A stretch of 64,000 nucleotides of DNA from a virus. Taxonomy: Duplodnaviria; Caudoviricetes. The notes beneath the pieces are model-generated. The model did no database searches. It saw only the letters and a list, made by a program, of their open reading frames with translations, and was not told the origin of the DNA. Made by a program: the position numbers and the translations under genes. Below, piece after piece: positions 57,313 to 64,000 of this stretch. Each line of letters opens with the position of its first letter. The first letter of the stretch is position 1. The stretch spans positions 2,105-66,104 of IMG/VR virus record IMGVR_UViG_3300034272_001608. One strand, given 5' to 3'.

Positions 57313-58989
57313 TTATGACTCTTTACGAAGGTCTCTACTATAATGTTCGAATCTATCGTGTTCTGTTGGCGTTAGAAGTAATAAACCAGGATACAATTCG
57401 TCTTTCTTTACAAGTTGATACATATGACTCATCCATGTCTGTTCAAACGGATGTGCCCATGTTGTATCTAAAAACATTTTTTGATTTCCTATTCTACTAA
57501 CAATCTGAGGCCAGTTACAGTAATAAACTTCACCAATAGCATATGGTAATCCTTTGTGAGATAAAACTGCGTGGAATTCTGTTTTTGGAGCATTAGGGTC
57601 TAACCCCATTTCAGGTAATCTATTTTTACCTGGCCAAAACTCTTCTCTCACATGTTGAGGTACGTTATACCAAGACCATTGTGTTCCGTTGTCACCATAA
57701 AACTCACTATAGTTTAACTTTAAAAAATCAAAGTTTTCTTTTTTAATAATATCTAACGATTTAGTATATAAGTTTGGAACATATCTATTAAATCCGTTTC
57801 TACAAACAGACCCTTCGTTAGGATAAAAGAACATGTCGTCTTCAAAGAAAAGGTAATAATCTAAATCGGTTTCTTTTTGAAAATGTTCTGCAATCCATTG
57901 TCTACCACCACAAATACCTAAGTTATCTTTTTTGATGTGTTCAAAATCAAACTCTTCACAGATTTGCTTATACTCTTCGGTTGTCGATAAATCACTTGAG
58001 TTATCCAATAAAAACTTTTTTGTTTTATAAACATAGTCCTTGTCGTAGGCAATCATTGAATCAATTAAAGTTCTAAACTGTTTTGGACTATTAAATGTTA
58101 TAACATACAACCCAACCTTATTTGTGTCTAAAGAGTTATCAACTTTAATAGTGTTTTCATTTTTAACTTTAAGGGAATCGTTTTTTAAATCTTCAAAAAA
58201 CCTTCCAACCAATCCATTAGACTCTATTTCAAAATAATTAATTAAGTCAGAATGTTTGTAACACATAATACTGAATATAGATTCTTCAGTTCCCATATAT
58301 CCATCATCTAAAGTACTTTTAAGTAATCCATAATAGATTCCGTTCATATCCCCAATAGTATGTTTAGGTCCTCCAAAAAATCCACCTCGGGCAACTTTAT
58401 TAACCTTAGCTCCCGCCAAAGAATTTAATTTGTTATATTCAAAACCATGAATTTCTTTTTCAGCACCATAAGGAAAACATATGAATGAGAATTTAGAAAT
58501 ATATTTTGATAGGTTATCTAAAACTTTATCGTGAGTAAAATAACCAGGGTGAACAGTATTGGTTAATCCTCCGTCAATCCAAAACATATATTCGGAGTTG
58601 AACTGGTCCATGATTTTTGCATCGTGTAACAAAAACATTTTTGACATTACAAGGGGATTATAATTTTCTAATCTTGCTTGTGTGGATTCTTTTAACCAAC
58701 CAACTTGGTCATACCAATTAGAATTAGTCCTAATCTTTTGTATCATTGGAAAAAACTCAGAATTAGTAAACCAACTTAATGGTCTTGTAATAAACTGCGT
58801 GTTTTCTGAAGTTCTATGTTTGAATACAAATTCTTTTAATTCTTCATCTCCAAATACAATAAGGTTCTCTTCAACCTTTAACAGTTGTTCAAACTTATCC
58901 AAATAATGTTGAAAAGACCTACTCCATCCTTCAGTCAATTCTCCTCTACCAATATCCCAAATACCTGTTACTAAAGTTATGTTACTCAT
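57313..58989 (-). CDS. Two-domain glycosyltransferase: HtrL/YibB-like plus GT-A (GT2-like)
   Basis: N-terminal ITLVTGIWDIGR, FWIDGG, RGGFFGG, GTEES; C-terminal YVITFNSP, LLDNS, NLGI.GGR, FFEDD. Confidence 0.75.
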   Translation of the reverse strand: MSNITLVTGIWDIGRGELTEGWSRSFQHYLDKFEQLLKVEENLIVFGDEELKEFVFKHRTSENTQFITRPLSWFTNSEFFPMIQKIRTNSNWYDQVGWLKESTQARLENYNPLVMSKMFLLHDAKIMDQFNSEYMFWIDGGLTNTVHPGYFTHDKVLDNLSKYISKFSFICFPYGAEKEIHGFEYNKLNSLAGAKVNKVARGGFFGGPKHTIGDMNGIYYGLLKSTLDDGYMGTEESIFSIMCYKHSDLINYFEIESNGLVGRFFEDLKNDSLKVKNENTIKVDNSLDTNKVGLYVITFNSPKQFRTLIDSMIAYDKDYVYKTKKFLLDNSSDLSTTEEYKQICEEFDFEHIKKDNLGICGGRQWIAEHFQKETDLDYYLFFEDDMFFYPNEGSVCRNGFNRYVPNLYTKSLDIIKKENFDFLKLNYSEFYGDNGTQWSWYNVPQHVREEFWPGKNRLPEMGLDPNAPKTEFHAVLSHKGLPYAIGEVYYCNWPQIVSRIGNQKMFLDTTWAHPFEQTWMSHMYQLVKKDELYPGLLLLTPTEHDRFEHYSRDLRKES

Positions 58990-59863
58990 ATATTCTATTA
59001 AATTCTTCTAATATTTTATAAAAACTTTTATTTTGTTGAAACAACTCTTCGGATGTTCCTCTTGGCGCATTATCTCTGCACCACCATATATCAAAATGCT
59101 TTCTTTCAAAAAGTTCTTTATGGTTATAAAACATGAGGGTCATAATGTGTTCTTCATGTGGTATACCTTTATCTTCATTTATAATTTTCTCTACATAATC
59201 TTCAAATAAAGAAACAACTTCGTCCCACTTACTTTTGTGACCTCCAAAAAGACCACCAATTATATGAAGTCCTCTATCGTATTCTTTATACCATTTTCTA
59301 TCCACAGTACCAGACCAATAATTTCTATCGTTTTCTTTACCAAGAATTAAAAATTTGTCACCAGTATCTTCAATTACATTATTTAAAAAATTGTTGTTGA
59401 ATAATGAACTTTCATAATACCTTTTAACCAAACCATTATCAGTAAGATATTTTAATGGTATTAATCCACAATGTGATAAACCAGCATCAATCCAATAATA
59501 ATAGTCATAAGATTTATCCTCATTCCACCACCAGTGAAATTTGGAATATTGAATCTCGATACATCTATCAGATTTTTTAGTTTCATCAATATTTTTATAC
59601 TGATTAATCAAATCTTTAAACTTAGTTTGAGATATATCAAATACCTGAAACTTAAGTTTTTCAGGTGAAATATTATTTTCATTATAGAAAAACTCAATCA
59701 AAGAATCTAATTCTCTGTCTGAGGTATAACACAGAAAATCTGCGTCCGTCATTTTTAACAACGATAATAAACTGTATCTGTAGTGGCCTCCTCTATTAAC
59801 TCTACCCCCATATTCGGTACCATAAAGGTCACTATAGATTGATGTGATGAATTTAATTGACAT
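58982..59863 (-). CDS. HtrL/YibB-like putative glycosyltransferase
   Basis: KFITSIY, YSKF, YWIDAG, IGGLFGG, HEE motifs parallel the N-terminal domain of the downstream gene. Confidence 0.65.
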   Translation of the reverse strand: MSIKFITSIYSDLYGTEYGGRVNRGGHYRYSLLSLLKMTDADFLCYTSDRELDSLIEFFYNENNISPEKLKFQVFDISQTKFKDLINQYKNIDETKKSDRCIEIQYSKFHWWWNEDKSYDYYYWIDAGLSHCGLIPLKYLTDNGLVKRYYESSLFNNNFLNNVIEDTGDKFLILGKENDRNYWSGTVDRKWYKEYDRGLHIIGGLFGGHKSKWDEVVSLFEDYVEKIINEDKGIPHEEHIMTLMFYNHKELFERKHFDIWWCRDNAPRGTSEELFQQNKSFYKILEEFNRIYE

Positions 59864-60599
59864 AGTAAAATTTATGATGTTCGTTTTTGTCTTTCATTTC
59901 TTGAACTTTATATTGGTCCATAAACTCATTTGGTATTTTTCGTGGACACCACCTGTTCCAGTTATAAGTTTGCATGTACCAATTATTATATACTCCTTCA
60001 GATATGTTTGAGTAGTTTGTTTTTTGTGGTGCGATAGGCAAAACAGGACAATAACTTTGATGTTTTTGTACTATGAACCTATACGTATAATCATCTAAAG
60101 CAAAATAATATTCTCCACTTGTTGTGAACGCGGTTAGTGAAATATCAAATATTGTATCATAGATTGACTCATCATAGATTACCATATTAGCACCATAAAT
60201 TCCTCTACTTTCTTCGGGTGCTTCAGGAGTATTTGTCATATCAAATAACAAGTCATGTTTATCGCTAACATTGATTGGTCTATTTTGAGTTGGGCCCAAA
60301 TTAAACATTGCAAATTTTAAGTCAGGACAATCATTTTCTATTTGTTCTAATAAATCTTTAGAATACGGCATAAACCCGCAGTCATCTTCAATAATCATAA
60401 CTCTTGGGTACCCTCTTTCTTTTGCAATTTTAATAACTTCAAAAGTTGATTTAGTAATACCCATGTAAGAATTTGTATCTATTGCCGAAAACCTTTCAAA
60501 GTCCCAACCAATATATTCCATTTCTTTTGTTATGGATTCCAGTCTGTCGGGTCTTCTATCAAGATTTATAACAAATTTTGGTATTTCTGAAAACTTCAT
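59853..60599 (-). CDS. Glycosyltransferase family 25-like
   Basis: FVINLDRRPDR, F.RFSAID, MIIEDD, late D..., Q...YS.I motifs of GT25 (LgtB/Lex2-type). Confidence 0.8.
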   Translation of the reverse strand: MKFSEIPKFVINLDRRPDRLESITKEMEYIGWDFERFSAIDTNSYMGITKSTFEVIKIAKERGYPRVMIIEDDCGFMPYSKDLLEQIENDCPDLKFAMFNLGPTQNRPINVSDKHDLLFDMTNTPEAPEESRGIYGANMVIYDESIYDTIFDISLTAFTTSGEYYFALDDYTYRFIVQKHQSYCPVLPIAPQKTNYSNISEGVYNNWYMQTYNWNRWCPRKIPNEFMDQYKVQEMKDKNEHHKFYYVN

Positions 60600-61861
60600 T
60601 AACTAACGTGATTGTGATTTAGTTGACCAGTTAATCTGTCACACCATCCTTTAGATTCTGAGTGTGGCCAAACAACCCAATATGACGGTAACATTGTTGT
60701 TGGAAACTCTCTCCAAACTTTACAATACTTATCAGGGTCTCTCATAAATCCAGCAATCTCATTCTTGTCGGCATCTTTTCTATATAAAGTTTCATCATTT
60801 GGACCATGGAATGCAACTACCCAAAAATCATAATCTGTTTCAGGAACACTTGAATAACCAACATCAATACAATGTTTGTAGATAGTAGAGAAACTGTTTT
60901 TCCATTCTGTCTCGTCTTCAATAACGGGACTTGGTGGATATTTCTTATCCAAACAATGTTGGTCTACCGCTCTTTTTTCAAATAACAAACCTGAATATCT
61001 TTCATATTCTTGAAGAGTACGAACAGTTCCGAAACCAAATGGACCTTCATGACCCTCTTGAGTTTCTCCATCCATTCCAAATAATTTTCTATTTGTTAAA
61101 TGAGAATGTTTGTTTTTATCTCCCCATGTTTTGTCGTCATCCCACTGTTTGGTTCTACCCTTACGAGTGTACTCATGGTAAACCACAGGCATATGTGGAT
61201 GGAATAAATCATAACCCCATGTGTAAGCTCTTGCCGCAATTGAAATCTCTTCTCCGTGGAAATAATATTCAGGGTTATGTTGAACTTCGGTTGAGAACTC
61301 ACCTAATGTAAAACAAAAGTGGGCAGAATAGAATCTTGACGGAACAGGTTTTGTCATTTCTCTCCAACCTGGAATTGTTTCAGGTAAAAAGAATACCGCA
61401 CCTTCAGGAATAAACCTATCAAACGCCATTCTCCAAGCATCTGTTGCTCTTCCCGCTGGGTCATTTTCGGGGTCAAAAGATGGGACATAACCCGTAAGTA
61501 GAGGTTTCTTATGCCCATCTTTTTGAAGCCCCTTAATCATTTTAATTAACACATCATCCCAATCCTTAATGAACCTCATGTGAGAATCAATTTGAAGTGT
61601 GTATGTTTCTCCGTCATAAAGTTGTTGTGTTAGGTTTCTTGCCCAACAAACTCCTTTGGCTTCTTCATATGGGATATTTAAAATTTTAAAACGTTTGTCG
61701 TTTCTAAACTCGTCTAAATTATCGAATCCATCGGATTCACTGAATTGTCTTGCAATTGCAAAAACCAAGTTCTTAGGTTTCTTTGCATTTGCAATCATGT
61801 CTTTTATGGTTGGAACTAACTGAGGGTCCCTGTAAGATGCGATTTGAATAAAAATTTTCAT
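60599..61861 (-). CDS. GT60-like polypeptide alpha-HexNAc (GlcNAc) transferase with extra C-terminal domain
   Basis: IFIQIASYRD, AKGVCWAR, LQIDSHMRF..WD (DxH), FHGEE, H.Y.R; signature of the Gnt1/Gnt2 (Pfam GlcNAc) family. Confidence 0.85.
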   Translation of the reverse strand: MKIFIQIASYRDPQLVPTIKDMIANAKKPKNLVFAIARQFSESDGFDNLDEFRNDKRFKILNIPYEEAKGVCWARNLTQQLYDGETYTLQIDSHMRFIKDWDDVLIKMIKGLQKDGHKKPLLTGYVPSFDPENDPAGRATDAWRMAFDRFIPEGAVFFLPETIPGWREMTKPVPSRFYSAHFCFTLGEFSTEVQHNPEYYFHGEEISIAARAYTWGYDLFHPHMPVVYHEYTRKGRTKQWDDDKTWGDKNKHSHLTNRKLFGMDGETQEGHEGPFGFGTVRTLQEYERYSGLLFEKRAVDQHCLDKKYPPSPVIEDETEWKNSFSTIYKHCIDVGYSSVPETDYDFWVVAFHGPNDETLYRKDADKNEIAGFMRDPDKYCKVWREFPTTMLPSYWVVWPHSESKGWCDRLTGQLNHNHVS

Positions 61862-61930
61862 TTAAAATATATTTTGTTATAAAAATAAAAAACCCTCCAC
61901 AAAAGTAGAGGGTTTTATTTATATTATTTT
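61857..61930. repeat. 74-bp direct repeat, copy 1 (terminator plus glycosyltransferase start)
   Basis: 70/74 identical to 63454-63527 by manual alignment. Confidence 0.9.
61881..61916 (-). terminator. Intrinsic terminator after mucin-like gene
   Basis: Minus strand AAAACCCTCTAC-tttt-GTGGAGGGTTTT plus U tract; a G-U pair closes only on the minus strand. Confidence 0.8.
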
Positions 61931-61938
61931 TTTTAATT

Positions 61939-63363
61939 TTAAACACAACCGTTAGGGTCTGATGAAGTAATTTGTCCTGCTCCACCTGTTACTTGGTACC
62001 AAGCGGTTCCATTAGAATAGAATCCATTAGGAACTACATCTGTAAGAGGTCTTCCAGTGGTTTCGTATAAGTATTCACCTATGTTAGGTCCTACACCACC
62101 TGCAACTGAACCATAGATTGTTTGTGGAGAAGCTGAGAATGCTAAACAAGCGTCGTTAGCCGTTGCACCTGTACCTAAACTATATGTATACCATGCAAAT
62201 GTTGATGTTGGAGTTTGAGTTGCAGTATTTGTTGGAGTTTGTGTTGGAGTTTCTGTTGGTGTGTTGGTTGGAGTTTCAGTTTGAGTAATTGTTGGTGTTG
62301 GAGTTGGTAATAATGAACAAAGTGTATAACCACCCGTTTCAAAACCTCCTGAAGTTAATTGTACAACATCTGAACCATTACTATAGAATCCTGCCAAATC
62401 AATTGTAACAATTCCTGACGGGTCATTATAGAATTGAGAATTTTCGTTGAATATTGCCGTAAATGCATATAATGTTACCGATACTCCCGCCTCACAAGCC
62501 TCATTAGAAGTTGTTCCTGAGAACACATTAAATGATTGAAGTGGTGATGTTGGAGTTGGGGTTGGAGTTGCGGTTAATGTTGATGTTGGTGTTACTGTTG
62601 GTGTGCTAGTCGGAGTTGCTGTTGGTGAAGGACATACTGTAGTTCCAATAACGGTTGCACCCGATAAACATCCTGTTGGACCATCACAATCACTTAGCTG
62701 GTAAGTTATTCCATCAACATTATAAAATCCAACAGCATTACCTGTATTACCTTCAGAACTTGACCAGAATAAAGTTGATGATGCAAAAAGTGGATTATTT
62801 CCAAAAAGAGTTGAAGTGTCTACACAACCACAAGCTTCAAGAGGGTCTACCTCACTTTTACAAACACTATTAAACTGATATCTCACAACATTTGTTGGTG
62901 TTGGAGTGTTAGTTGCCGTTACACTAGGTGTTGGAGTTAGAGTTGTGGTTGAGCTAGGGGTTGGTGTATTAGTTGGAGTTTCTGTTTGCGTGTTAGTTGG
63001 TGTGGGTGTTGGAGTACCTGTTTCCGTGTTAGTTGGAGTTGGAGTATTAGTTGCCGTATTAGTTGGAGTTGGAGTATTAGTTGCCGTAACACTTGGTGTT
63101 GGCGTATTTGTTGGGGTAGCAGAAGGTGTTTGCGTCGGAGTTGGAGTTATCGCAACTGGAGGAAACACTCCTTGATTTACTAATGAAATTACGTTTTTAA
63201 ATGATGGTGCAATTGTATAAGTACCATTAATTACCCAAATATTTTTTCTTTGATTTGGTGTAAGCTCAACTTGATAATCCCATAATGCATCGTCACATCT
63301 TTGGTAACTAAAATTTACGGTAGTTGAACCCGTATTTGTAAGTGTATATTTGCTACATGCCAT
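61939..63363 (-). CDS. Mucin-like Thr/Pro-linker protein with three Cys-bracketed beta domains (putative virion decoration)
   Basis: Three (TP)n tracts (about 85, 30 and 35 aa), each followed by an AC...T.(Y/F)...GFY..G...Q...C domain. Confidence 0.8.
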   Translation of the reverse strand: MACSKYTLTNTGSTTVNFSYQRCDDALWDYQVELTPNQRKNIWVINGTYTIAPSFKNVISLVNQGVFPPVAITPTPTQTPSATPTNTPTPSVTATNTPTPTNTATNTPTPTNTETGTPTPTPTNTQTETPTNTPTPSSTTTLTPTPSVTATNTPTPTNVVRYQFNSVCKSEVDPLEACGCVDTSTLFGNNPLFASSTLFWSSSEGNTGNAVGFYNVDGITYQLSDCDGPTGCLSGATVIGTTVCPSPTATPTSTPTVTPTSTLTATPTPTPTSPLQSFNVFSGTTSNEACEAGVSVTLYAFTAIFNENSQFYNDPSGIVTIDLAGFYSNGSDVVQLTSGGFETGGYTLCSLLPTPTPTITQTETPTNTPTETPTQTPTNTATQTPTSTFAWYTYSLGTGATANDACLAFSASPQTIYGSVAGGVGPNIGEYLYETTGRPLTDVVPNGFYSNGTAWYQVTGGAGQITSSDPNGCV

Positions 63364-63453
63364 CTTATTTCTTATTTATCTAATAAATACTAAGATTTTG
63401 GCTAATTTATTCAAGAAGAGTAAAAAAATATTTTTTGTTAAAAGTTAAATATC

Positions 63454-63527
63454 TTCATTTAAAATGTATTTTGTAATAAAAATAAAAAACCCTCCACGAA
63501 AGTAGAGGGTTTTAGTTATATTATTTT
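63454..63527. repeat. 74-bp direct repeat, copy 2 (terminator plus dead ATG remnant MKIFNF*)
   Basis: 70/74 identical to 61857-61930; includes the same terminator hairpin. Confidence 0.9.
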
Positions 63528-63534
63528 AATTTTA

Positions 63535-64000
63535 TTAATCAGTAAAAATGATTTCTATCAAGTCACTTTCCGAATATGGAGAACTAAATTCGTAATTTTG
63601 CGTTAGGGGTAGAGGACCCGAGAAACCTGGAGAAATTTGAGAACCATTAGCACTGATATACATTTGGAAATTTCCTGTTCCTGCCATAATAACATTTATG
63701 GTTGTACCGCTAACGATATTTTCATGGAACGCGTTTCTAGTTGTACCACTTGTTATTGGGTAACCGCCAACGGGACCAAGTACAGGAATTGTTCCACTAA
63801 TTCCTGAAATTTCTTTATCACCAGTTGCAGTATTCACGAATCGGAAATTTCTATATTCAGTTGGTGATGGTGTTAGAGTATTTGTTGGAGTTAGAGTATT
63901 TGTTGGTGTTTGAGTAATTGTTGGTGTATCTGTAGGTGTTTCTGTTGGTGTTTGAGTATTTGTTGGAGTTGGTGTTAAAGTATTTGCTGGGGTTGAAGTA
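63535..64000 (-). CDS. Partial (3' end) mucin-like Thr/Pro-linker protein
   Basis: Frame is open past the ORF-track start to the window edge: [23 protein letters not shown]...SPTEYRNFRFVNTATG. Confidence 0.8.
   Translation of the reverse strand, partial: TSTPANTLTPTPTNTQTPTETPTDTPTITQTPTNTLTPTNTLTPSPTEYRNFRFVNTATGDKEISGISGTIPVLGPVGGYPITSGTTRNAFHENIVSGTTINVIMAGTGNFQMYISANGSQISPGFSGPLPLTQNYEFSSPYSESDLIEIIFTD

Noticed and set aside
2055-63183. Many 60-126 aa ORFs antisense to, or out of frame within, long genes
   Set aside because: Fully nested in well-supported genes, mostly non-ATG starts, no motifs; the GV-rich ORF at 62906 is just the antisense of TP repeats.
62200-64000. Tandem ttggagt/ttggtgt-type repeats as a CRISPR array or satellite
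   Set aside because: They are codon-level repeats of Thr/Pro tracts; there is no constant repeat with unique spacers and no cas genes.
1-64000. Stop-codon reassignment, tRNA genes, diversity-generating retroelement
   Set aside because: The standard code gives near-complete coding density with TAA, TAG and TGA all used as stops; no cloverleaf was seen in the short intergenic gaps; there is no reverse transcriptase or template/variable repeat pair.

Overview
The window is a 64-kb, AT-rich, densely coding segment of a large contractile-tailed (myovirus-like, jumbo-type) dsDNA phage, almost all on the minus strand. A Bacteroidota host is inferred from SprB-repeat and OmpA-like domains and A-rich starts without Shine-Dalgarno sites. 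It holds a T4-like neck/tail/baseplate module (gp13, gp14, gp15, sheath, tube, chaperone, tape measure, tube initiator, gp53, hub, gp25, gp6, gp7-like). Interleaved are replication genes (class II RNR, DnaB, 5'-3' exonuclease, RecA/UvsX, gp32-like SSB, SNF2 helicase, family B polymerase) and an Mn-type SOD fused to a nuclease-like domain. The best candidate for a new system is virion O-glycosylation: four glycosyltransferase genes, led by a GT60-like polypeptide HexNAc transferase, sit directly downstream of mucin-like Thr/Pro proteins, and a short [S/T]-[G/A]-x-T motif recurs in virion proteins but is nearly absent from the enzymes. Other highlights are a probable +1 frameshift (UUU_UUU_CGU_C) in the tail chaperone, a sense-strand TATTTAT motif before about 18 genes, a 74-bp direct repeat flanking a mucin-like gene, and a structured polB leader. 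All family calls come from motif recognition by eye; no searches were run.
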